Positions 8,363 to 15,954 of a DNA stretch of 20,000 bases are shown here, piece by piece. The stretch is from an uncultured virus (IMG/VR IMGVR_UViG_3300047554_000670). Its lineage: Duplodnaviria > Heunggongvirae > Uroviricota > Caudoviricetes. The notes under the pieces were generated by a model. That model was not told where the DNA came from. It was given only the letters and a program-made list of their open reading frames with translations, and did no database searches. Each line of letters begins with the position of its first letter. The stretch's first letter is position 1. Where the stretch lies: IMG/VR virus record IMGVR_UViG_3300047554_000670; one strand, 5' to 3'. Both the position numbers and the translations under genes were made by a program.

Positions 8363-10015
8363 TTATAGCATCCCCCGTTTAAGCTTAAACTTCAAATCTT
8401 TAATCTGTTGTTTTGTTAGGTTATCAAGATCATAGCCTAACGAGATTAATTGCTGAGTTAATGGAGAATCAGATAGGGTACGGTCTTGTATTCTGGGTTG
8501 TTGCTGTATACGTCTTAAGGTTTCATCCTGGAAAGATTTAATCTTACTTTCCCCCTTTAACACCCCCTCCCAGATTTCTAGGGGAGTTCTACTATCCCCC
8601 GATAATTTACGGTACTCAGCTATATTATCGCTAGTGAGTATCGCTGGGGGTTGTAGTGTAATATATTCACCATCACAATAAGGGGATAAATAACTATCCC
8701 CATAGCGTAATCGTTTCCATTGTCCTGACAAATCAAGACCTAGAAAATGAGCTTGCATTATTTCACGGGTAAAGTGCGGGATACTGTATTTAGTACCCCC
8801 CAGGATTAGGTTACTTTCCTCTAATTCCTTTACTTTAACGGGCTTAGTTACTTTGTAATACAGCGTTACAAGTTTGCCCATATCTAAAGTTTTCCCTACT
8901 CCGAGGTTAGGATCTAAAGTAGGTTTTAATGGGATAGGGACTAACTTAGGCTGATCATTCTCAATACTTAACCGTGTATTGAGTACCGGGATACTTTGGT
9001 AAGTTTGGTTATTTGTATTCGTTAACTCCAAGTAAATTGTTGTGCCGGATACTGTAAGCCAGTAACTTAGACCTTGGAATGTTGGAGACAATTCTGGGAA
9101 TAACTCAGGATTGCTATATACCCGTGTTCCTACTTTCGCTCCTTTAGGTAAACCTTTACTTTTGAATTTTGCTTTAACTCCTACTTTATCTGGAGCATAC
9201 CCTAGTTTACCGGCTGGGGTTTTCTTACGGGTTTTGTTCTTTAGAGTAGAATATTTTTCTGGCTCAGGACAAACGGGGACGGCTATAGTTTTATGGTCAT
9301 TAGAAACAACCCAGGGAACTTCTGAGGTATAGCCTACTGTGTTTGTTAGCTGAGTATATAGCGCTATAGGGCACAATGAAAGATCATACTGGTAAATACT
9401 ATTGACATTTGCTGCCGCTGGTTCAGGGGATAACCCTACCAGGTTTTGTAATTTGTTACCCTGAATTTTTGCCCCTACCAGGGTTGTGGGTAAAGTATTC
9501 GCCCCATTATTGTATTCCTTTAGGTCAGTTCTACAGAAAACCTGTAGAATAAAACCCTTATCATATTTTTCGGAACCGCCATAATGGGAAAAGATCTGAT
9601 CACAAGACTCTGGATCCTCAATCATTTTATTGATAGGGACAGCTAAAATATTCCCACTAGCAGCTTGGAATAAGGGTATTGGATAGTCAGGGTAAGTATA
9701 AATATGCTGATAATCACTCTTATCTTCTGAAAACTTACGAGATACCCAAAGACCTTGGTTAAGACAGCGATAGAACAAAACTAAGGCTTCTAAACCTGTA
9801 ATCTTTTGTTTCTGAACTACTTTATTTTTTTTAGGTTTAGCGTTATCTTTTTTTTCTTCTGTCCCTAGCTTTTCTTCTAGGAAATTTTTCAGCTTAAAAC
9901 TAGGGGTAACATCGATTAACTCTATTCCATGATAGGCAATTTTGTTTAACGCATAAGGAGTAAAACCTAGTTTTTCTAAACCACGGTAACAGGGGAAGTA
10001 TTGGGTGATGGTCAT
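8363..10015 (-). CDS. Large hypothetical protein (550 aa, Lys/Pro-rich)
   Basis: Long ORF with ATG start followed by a terminator; no motif recognised. Confidence 0.9.
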   Translation of the reverse strand: MTITQYFPCYRGLEKLGFTPYALNKIAYHGIELIDVTPSFKLKNFLEEKLGTEEKKDNAKPKKNKVVQKQKITGLEALVLFYRCLNQGLWVSRKFSEDKSDYQHIYTYPDYPIPLFQAASGNILAVPINKMIEDPESCDQIFSHYGGSEKYDKGFILQVFCRTDLKEYNNGANTLPTTLVGAKIQGNKLQNLVGLSPEPAAANVNSIYQYDLSLCPIALYTQLTNTVGYTSEVPWVVSNDHKTIAVPVCPEPEKYSTLKNKTRKKTPAGKLGYAPDKVGVKAKFKSKGLPKGAKVGTRVYSNPELFPELSPTFQGLSYWLTVSGTTIYLELTNTNNQTYQSIPVLNTRLSIENDQPKLVPIPLKPTLDPNLGVGKTLDMGKLVTLYYKVTKPVKVKELEESNLILGGTKYSIPHFTREIMQAHFLGLDLSGQWKRLRYGDSYLSPYCDGEYITLQPPAILTSDNIAEYRKLSGDSRTPLEIWEGVLKGESKIKSFQDETLRRIQQQPRIQDRTLSDSPLTQQLISLGYDLDNLTKQQIKDLKFKLKRGML

Positions 10016-10054
10016 GATAAGTAATTAAGTGATTAAGTGATTGATAGGGTGAAC

Positions 10055-10080
10055 AAAAACCCCTAGTATAGGCTAGGGGT
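10055..10080 (-). terminator. Intrinsic terminator
   Basis: Minus strand ACCCCTAG-CCTATA-CTAGGGGT-TTTT, just after the stop of 10095..10994. Confidence 0.65.
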
Positions 10081-10094
10081 ATAAATTACATAGC

Positions 10095-10994
10095 TTAGCT
10101 AAAATCGGTCATTAGTTGTTTCATTGACCGTTTGAAGTTTGCCTCAACTTTCACTCCGGGGAGTAAGACTGATTTACGGGCTGTACCTGTAGCTCCCCCA
10201 CTAGCAATATAGTCCTGAAGTTTTTTACCCTCTAAGTTTTTAACTTTCCCATAGGACATATTGAGAGCATTAAAGACATCTTGCGTGAAAACCTGGGGAT
10301 TAAGGATCATCTTCTCGTGAAGACTTAGATCCTTAATGATTTTATCCTTTAAACCCGCTAAAACAGGATTTAGACCCGTTACTAAAGGGATACTTAAAAG
10401 AGTTTGATCCTCCTTAGATTGGATTAAGCGGAGAGCCATGATCAGATTCTTTTCTGACCACTCTAAAAATTGGGTGTAGGTTGTAGCATGACCTACCCCT
10501 AAAGGAATACTGTCGTTTGCGACATATACTATGTCTGGGTGATGGCTGAACAATAACAAGGATACTGTGGTATCTTTAGACAACTTATAGTTATCAATGA
10601 GTAACCATTGATCCTTCACTTTGTCATGCTTAAACTCAGTGATGATGGACTGCTTAGAGAATTCATTTTTGTAAGCAGTTAGGTCTTTGTATCCATAAAA
10701 TTCTAAGAATTTTACGGTAGGGTTAGGTACAGTTTGTCCTAAAGTTAAGATATCAAGGGATTGCAGGAAAGTCTTAACCTGGTCATTTGTATGGTCAGGA
10801 TTAAGGTCAATACTCAATTCTTGCGCAATAGCAAGCAAATTTTGATCCCGTTGTTCTTTAGGGGTTGTCGGGTCTTGTTCTTGCGTGTCAGTTTGTTCCG
10901 TTTGTTCCGTTTGTACTGTATCAGTTTGCACGATATCAGTTTGTTCCGTGGTTGTTTTGGGTGTTGCAGTTTTAGAGTTTTTAGCTGTGGCCAT
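10095..10994 (-). CDS. Hypothetical protein (299 aa) with low-complexity TEQTD-repeat N-terminus
   Basis: SD GGAG upstream; long ORF; repeated TEQ/QTD. Confidence 0.9.
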   Translation of the reverse strand: MATAKNSKTATPKTTTEQTDIVQTDTVQTEQTEQTDTQEQDPTTPKEQRDQNLLAIAQELSIDLNPDHTNDQVKTFLQSLDILTLGQTVPNPTVKFLEFYGYKDLTAYKNEFSKQSIITEFKHDKVKDQWLLIDNYKLSKDTTVSLLLFSHHPDIVYVANDSIPLGVGHATTYTQFLEWSEKNLIMALRLIQSKEDQTLLSIPLVTGLNPVLAGLKDKIIKDLSLHEKMILNPQVFTQDVFNALNMSYGKVKNLEGKKLQDYIASGGATGTARKSVLLPGVKVEANFKRSMKQLMTDFS

Positions 10995-11064
10995 GATAGG
11001 ACTCCAGAATAGGGTGATTGAACTAAAGACCTAACCCATAGAGGGTTATTCAGGATTTACAAAG

Positions 11065-11117
11065 TAATTCCCTAAGCTAGGGTATACAAATTAATATATA
11101 CCCTAGATTTGAGAATC
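11065..11117 (-). repeat. Conserved intergenic stem-loop element, copy E2
   Basis: AATTCCCTAAG-[CTAGGGTATA..TATACCCTAG]-ATTTGAGAATC abutting the stop codon at 11118. Confidence 0.85.
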
Positions 11118-11555
11118 TTAGTTATCTCCAATTAGATAAGAGAGAATCTCTAAGTTTAGTCCAAAATCTTTTAGACAATTTAGAAAATTCTCCTTAGTTA
11201 GTTTTTTCTCATCCCCTATATCACCTTTGTGGAAAATTTGGAAAATTTCTTTATAGGGTAGAAAAGAATGGTGACGATATGAGAAATAAAAACGGTTAAA
11301 GTCTACTTCTATCTTGCATGTCAATCCCTCGTAGAAAACATGCGAAATAGACTTACAATTACAGCATGTGATAGCCTTACAACCACGGCAATCATCATTA
11401 CCAAAAGTAACATGATAATCATAGTTGGAGGGACTTAGAAAACCACTATGTTTAGAACGGTTTTTCAATGCCATATATGCTTTAGCAAGTAAAGGATATA
11501 TGCTGGGGATGAAAGTATCATCTATTTTCATAACACAGTAAGGGATGAATGACAA
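11118..11555 (-). CDS. Hypothetical protein with Cys cluster (CRGC...CCNC)
   Basis: ORF track; start is TTG 11555 or ATG 11531. Confidence 0.75.
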   Translation of the reverse strand: MSFIPYCVMKIDDTFIPSIYPLLAKAYMALKNRSKHSGFLSPSNYDYHVTFGNDDCRGCKAITCCNCKSISHVFYEGLTCKIEVDFNRFYFSYRHHSFLPYKEIFQIFHKGDIGDEKKLTKENFLNCLKDFGLNLEILSYLIGDN

Positions 11556-11601
11556 AATTCCCTAAGCTACCCTAACAATTAATAGGGTAGATTTGAGAAT
11601 C
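11556..11601 (-). repeat. Conserved intergenic stem-loop element, copy E3
   Basis: AATTCCCTAAG-[CTACCCTA..TAGGGTAG]-ATTTGAGAATC fills the whole gap between two ORFs. Confidence 0.85.
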
Positions 11602-11868
11602 TTACATATTTTGGACTTCTAGGGCATTAACATACCCTAGATAGCAGCTATCCACAAATTGATTCCAACAATCCCAACCCTCCCAGTCTACTAAGAAATG
11701 CGCAGACTCACCCCAGCAAAAAGGCTGGTACGTAGATAAACAAATTGCATGAAGGGATAGACTAGGGCTTACATGAAGGGATAGAGTAGGATAGGGATCT
11801 TCAGGGTTAAAGATACCAAAGTTAATGACGGCAATAACTAGAAGACGCTCAAATTCTTGACGGTTCAT
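11602..11868 (-). CDS. Hypothetical protein (88 aa)
   Basis: ORF track; ATG start. Confidence 0.7.
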   Translation of the reverse strand: MNRQEFERLLVIAVINFGIFNPEDPYPTLSLHVSPSLSLHAICLSTYQPFCWGESAHFLVDWEGWDCWNQFVDSCYLGYVNALEVQNM

Positions 11869-11894
11869 AGGGTGATTCCAATGATTTTACTGCA

Positions 11895-11949
11895 AAGTAG
11901 GGGCATAATTCCCTAGACCAGAGAAAATTATCTCTGGTGTTGAGAATCA
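11895..11949 (-). repeat. Conserved intergenic stem-loop element, copy E4
   Basis: AAGTAGGGGCATAATTCCCTAG-[ACCAGAGA..TCTCTGGT]-GTTGAGAATCA next to the stop at 11950. Confidence 0.85.
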
Positions 11950-12198
11950 TTAGATATCGCGGGATAAAAGATTATCAATATAACCGTCAAGCCGATACAT
12001 GATAGGCTTGAAGATTACGGGTTCCTCAGAATTAGCTGTAACAGGACAACCCGTAAGGCGATCAACCATAATACCTACAGGAGTGATATATGGGTGACGT
12101 TCTGTATTAGGAAAACTGAGAACTAAGTCAACCCAGCCATCTTGACGCTGGATTAATTCAATCTTTTTACCGTTAAGGTTATAGGTCATAAAAACCAT
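11950..12198 (-). CDS. Hypothetical protein (82 aa)
   Basis: SD AGGAG upstream of the ATG. Confidence 0.75.
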   Translation of the reverse strand: MVFMTYNLNGKKIELIQRQDGWVDLVLSFPNTERHPYITPVGIMVDRLTGCPVTANSEEPVIFKPIMYRLDGYIDNLLSRDI

Positions 12199-12328
12199 GA
12201 TGTTTGCTCCTAAGATAGTAGGGTTAAGATGTACTTTGCCTGTTCAATTGTCAACTGGGGAAACAGTCTAATTAGCTGGTTTACCGTTGTAGGTCTAAAC
12301 GGTAGACCCTTGATAGAAATCGCTATCT

Positions 12329-12490
12329 CTAGCATTTGACCTCCAACATAGTGGGATCATACAGTCCAGACCGGATAGATAGATTACCTATCCACAAATG
12401 AAAACCCGGATATAATCCTACACTGGAAGACTTAAATTGAATTGGCCCTAATGTAGCAAAAACAGTACCAGATGAGTAGACTTTAAGCAT
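12329..12490 (-). CDS. Small hypothetical protein (likely start ATG 12490)
   Basis: GGAG SD before ATG 12490; the upstream part of ORF 12329..12559 is a heptamer repeat. Confidence 0.55.
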   Translation of the reverse strand: MLKVYSSGTVFATLGPIQFKSSSVGLYPGFHLWIGNLSIRSGLYDPTMLEVKC

Positions 12491-12501
12491 TAGATTGCTC
12501 C

Positions 12502-12572
12502 AAAGATGAAAGACTAAAGATGAAAGATGAAACGAGATGGGATGAAAGACGAAAGACAAAAGATGAAAGATA
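12502..12572. repeat. Heptanucleotide tandem repeat (AAAGATG-like), STRR-style
   Basis: aaagatg aaagact aaagatg aaagatg ... aaagacg aaagaca aaagatg aaagata. Confidence 0.85.
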
Positions 12573-12582
12573 TCAATTAAGG

Positions 12583-12629
12583 CTTGATATCGTATAGCCT
12601 AACAATACGATAGGCTATAAGTTATCAAG
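12583..12629 (-). repeat. Intergenic stem-loop E5: same architecture, different sequence
   Basis: Minus strand: stop, CTTGATA-ACT-TATAGCCTA-loop-TAGGCTATA-CGA-TATCAAG. Confidence 0.7.
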
Positions 12630-12920
12630 TTAGTCAGGATACTCTAGGATTAGGTCTTCTAAGTCATCTAAGGGATCAGAATCTAGATATTGCTTTACTA
12701 GGGCTAAGTTGTTTTGAGCCTCAGTAAGCTTGTCCAATATAATATTTTCCGGTTTTCTGTTTTTTCGCGTGTACAGAATATCTATCATCCCCTGATACTT
12801 ACTAACCTCCTGACTGAAAAACTCAACTAAGACACTGTAAAGGGTTTCTGAATTAACTGGAGGGATATAATCCCTAATTTGAAAAGTAGAGTCTTGAGAC
12901 GATACCTTAACCCTGCCCAT
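12630..12920 (-). CDS. Hypothetical protein (96 aa)
   Basis: ORF track; ATG start. Confidence 0.7.
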   Translation of the reverse strand: MGRVKVSSQDSTFQIRDYIPPVNSETLYSVLVEFFSQEVSKYQGMIDILYTRKNRKPENIILDKLTEAQNNLALVKQYLDSDPLDDLEDLILEYPD

Positions 12921-12992
12921 ACCGTCAAGAATTAAGTAGTAGGTATGATTAGGTTTTAGGGGATAAGCTTCTATGTAGGATAGAATTAAGTT

Positions 12993-13382
12993 TTAACGTA
13001 AACCCATTAACTTAACGATTTCATCTCTCAATTCTTCCAATAAGAGAGTATCACGGTCACTCGGATTTAGGTCACTCTGGGTAAAAAACTGGGAATATAT
13101 TCTACTTAAGCAAAATCGTACATAAAAACCCTCCTCTCCATATATGTGGAGGTCAATAAACCAAGAATCCCCCTGGGTTGTGTTGTAGTGTGATATATGA
13201 AGACCTAAGCCCACACCGTAGGAATACCATTTATTGGGGTAGTAGTGAGATGAATCATTGATTGATTTAAGATCTTCAGTTAGATGAAAAGCTAGGGTTC
13301 TAATATATTTTGGAGATCCCGTCTTTTTGATGAAAATCTGTTGAATTAGATCCTGTATAGTTTGGGTTGTTTGGGTTGTCAT
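12993..13382 (-). CDS. Hypothetical protein (129 aa)
   Basis: ORF track; GAGGG SD-like sequence upstream. Confidence 0.75.
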   Translation of the reverse strand: MTTQTTQTIQDLIQQIFIKKTGSPKYIRTLAFHLTEDLKSINDSSHYYPNKWYSYGVGLGLHISHYNTTQGDSWFIDLHIYGEEGFYVRFCLSRIYSQFFTQSDLNPSDRDTLLLEELRDEIVKLMGLR

Positions 13383-13471
13383 AAGGTTTGTATCCCTCTA
13401 CTTGTAGACAGTACCCTAGACACAATGGACAATGGACTAGGGTAATGTATAAAGTTAAGGGTTAAACTTTA

Positions 13472-13666
13472 TTAATCATCATCTTCTAGTGCTTCTAGAC
13501 TTTCCCAGCCATCCTGGGATTGCTTAGGGGTATTCATTAGCTTATTAATAGCGTCAATAGCTGTTTCTTTACAACTAAATTGACAACCACAGCATGAAGT
13601 TAGTGTATAACCCTTTATAAATTGAAAAACCCCATTTTCATCTAAAGTTTGCCAGTCTTTAGTCAA
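13472..13666 (-). CDS. Hypothetical protein, start uncertain
   Basis: ORF track (TTG start); the frame stays open upstream to 13792. Confidence 0.55.
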   Translation of the reverse strand: MTKDWQTLDENGVFQFIKGYTLTSCCGCQFSCKETAIDAINKLMNTPKQSQDGWESLEALEDDD

Positions 13667-13803
13667 ACTTAAAGACCAGTCGAAAGGTTGCCCTAAACCA
13701 AGAAAATTAATTTCAACCCACTCTAGCGCAACAGTTACGTCAAGACTAAAACCGTTAGCTTGTTTAGTGTAGGGTAAGGTTTTAACCCTACCCTATACAT
13801 TTA

Positions 13804-14079
13804 TTAATCGAATCTATGTGTTTCGATTTCTACTGTAATTTTCTCATCTTCTAGCGATAGGAAAACATTAGTGATACGTGTTACCGTTTCATACATCACA
13901 TAGATAGAAAAATCCGTATCATAGTGAGGATAGAACTGGCAGGGTCTTAACATCCCTTGACGTTCATAGAAACGTTTTGGTAAGGGAAAGATGCAATAAT
14001 CTTTAGGGTAGGATATTTGCTTAAAGGCATCTGGGGATCCGTATTCTTTAAGGAGATGAGAGAAAAGACGATCAAACAT
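13804..14079 (-). CDS. Hypothetical protein (91 aa), probably the first gene of the minus-strand block
   Basis: GGAG SD upstream of ATG 14079. Confidence 0.75.
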   Translation of the reverse strand: MFDRLFSHLLKEYGSPDAFKQISYPKDYCIFPLPKRFYERQGMLRPCQFYPHYDTDFSIYVMYETVTRITNVFLSLEDEKITVEIETHRFD

Positions 14080-14259
14080 CTTAATAACTCCAGTGTGTTA
14101 GGTCTATTTAGAATCATCATCAACCATAAGCTATGGATGGGATGACTCAAGATAGACCAGGATGAAAGTAACATATACAGTTTAGGTATATGGCACTTTA
14201 GGGGTTAAGTTAATCTACTTTGTTTGTACGGTAAAGATGTTAGACTGTGACCCGTGTTA

Positions 14260-14665
14260 GAAAGGCGCTTTAAGCAATGCCTCCTGGGTGTGTGAATCAT
14301 CTTCAGAGATACGGTAGATTTAGAGCATACTGCCAAGATATAGGGTTTAATTGTAACCCTATGGCGTAACCCTAACCTTTACGGTAGGGTTTGGGTTTGT
14401 AGCGTACTGCTTAACACCTCCCACCCCCTATAAGTCACAGGGTGGGCATACTGCCCAACATTTAGGCTTGTTAGGTAACCCTTACGCTTATGGTAGGTTG
14501 CGTAAGTACCCTTAGAGTTAAGGCTCTAAGACCTAGCCGGTTTTGTACTACAGGTTTTCTACCGACTGAACCATTAAGTTGTCAAGGTACGCGGGCTAGA
14601 CTGTACCAGAATTAAGCCTAAGCTTAAACTGGACCAAGTTGAAGCCTAACCACAGCTTCAAGACT
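14260..14665 (-). ncRNA. Candidate structured ncRNA or long structured leader
   Basis: About 10 closely spaced hairpins; informative G-U pairs favour the minus strand; three GCAGTAYGC motifs; no convincing ORF. Confidence 0.55.
14573..14590 (-). promoter_or_regulatory. boxA-like antitermination element (cyanobacterial type)
   Basis: Minus strand GTACCTTGACAACTTAAT resembles cyanobacterial rrn boxA (GAACCTTGAAAACTG..), preceded by two hairpins. Confidence 0.6.
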
Positions 14666-14713
14666 TTGGGACTACAGCGCAATCGCACCGTTTCCCTTAT
14701 CTCTGATGCCAAT

Positions 14714-14742
14714 AGCATAACGTGAACGAAAGTAAATGACCA
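14714..14742 (-). promoter_or_regulatory. Possible sigma70-type promoter for the minus-strand block
   Basis: TGGTCA-17 nt-TATGCT on the minus strand, ~125 nt upstream of boxA. Confidence 0.3.
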
Positions 14743-15118
14743 GAATGACCCGAACAAACGAGATTTCAGGCAGAAATTGGTCAAATTTGGGTGTATTGGG
14801 TATGGTCTCACCAACCCAAACAAAAACCCACCTATACCCCACATATACAAAACTCAGTCTTATCAATCCTTAACGATGAATTCCTAAGAAAATTGCAAAT
14901 CGCAAATCAAAGAACATATCATGGAAATTTAGACCCCTAATTACAAACCCCATATGATGAATTTAGGGGTATCTGATAACCCATAAATTTCTAAGGTAGA
15001 ATTGGATATGATAAATCACAAACAGAACCTATATAAAATCTGTATATATCGTATATATGATATGTGTGTATGTGTATATAGGTATCTCTCATATCTTTCA
15101 TTTAACGAGGTCATTTCT

Positions 15119-15901
15119 GTGTCTAACATCGCCAAATACGACTGGGACCAAATCCGTAACGAATACATCATGGGGAATCTTCATACAGACCCTAAAACTG
15201 GTTTACGCAAACACACCTACCCTACGCATAAACAAATTAGTGCCAAATACGGAGTAAATCTCTCATATCTACAAGATAAGTCTTGTGCTGAATTCTGGGG
15301 ACAACGTAGAAAGGCCCTAAAAGCCAAACTTCATAACAGATTTGTAGACTGGAAACTTGGTGCATTCATAAGTGAATCTGCACAAGTAGATGCCTTGACC
15401 GTAGATAAGATTAAGAAAATTCATCAAGTTATGGACCTATATCTAGAACAAGCACTAAATCCCTTAGAAACCACAAATGAACAGGGGGATACGAAGGTAG
15501 AATTTAACGTGACACCAAATGAGTTACAAAGCATCGTGACCACATTGGAGAAATGCCAGAAACTTATGAGATTAAGTAACAATGAACCCGTAGACGCAGC
15601 ATCCGTAGCAAAAGAACTTAAAAAAGCTCTATTACAGGACTATGAAAAACCCACAAACACATATGGTAAGAACGAAAACTCATATGGATATGGGAAAAAC
15701 CAATCTTCCATACCCATTGGGGTACAACAAGAAATAGACCAAAAACTTAAATCAGTCTATGGAGATATCATTGATATCGAACATACAACAGTAGAAGATC
15801 AAAATCAAACTCTATCTACATTGCAAAAGAAAGAAAAGAATCTTGATAAAGTGATGAAAAAGATAGAAGAAGAGATTGAAGAACTTAAGAAAGACCCATA
15901 A
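15119..15901 (+). CDS. Terminase small subunit-like HTH protein
   Basis: GAGG SD then GTG 15119; KYDWDQIRNEYIMG...THKQISAKYGV...LQDKSCAEFW fits the DW..I...Y..G...KYGV...E.W HTH pattern of many TerS; helical/coiled-coil remainder. Confidence 0.65.
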   Translation: MSNIAKYDWDQIRNEYIMGNLHTDPKTGLRKHTYPTHKQISAKYGVNLSYLQDKSCAEFWGQRRKALKAKLHNRFVDWKLGAFISESAQVDALTVDKIKKIHQVMDLYLEQALNPLETTNEQGDTKVEFNVTPNELQSIVTTLEKCQKLMRLSNNEPVDAASVAKELKKALLQDYEKPTNTYGKNENSYGYGKNQSSIPIGVQQEIDQKLKSVYGDIIDIEHTTVEDQNQTLSTLQKKEKNLDKVMKKIEEEIEELKKDP

Positions 15902-15954
15902 GATGAAGGATTTGAAACGACCAGGGTGTAGGGTATAAGGACGTACGGAGTTTA

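Noticed and set aside
11065..11949. Repeated intergenic elements as CRISPR repeats or a mini-array
   Set aside because: They are separated by whole genes of 270-440 bp and their central parts vary; this is not CRISPR architecture
14530..14575. GGTTCAGTCGGTAGAA on the minus strand looks like a tRNA D-arm
   Set aside because: No T-loop (TTCRA) or acceptor stem follows; the segment is better explained as one arm of a longer hairpin
14596..14866. ORFs 14596..14850 and 14672..14866
   Set aside because: They overlap each other and the promoter/hairpin leader, and have no SD or protein-like features
692..15257. Same-strand alternate-frame ORFs 692..880, 1854..2060, 13947..14174 and 15057..15257
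   Set aside because: They are nested in or overlap better ORFs and have no SD or motif support
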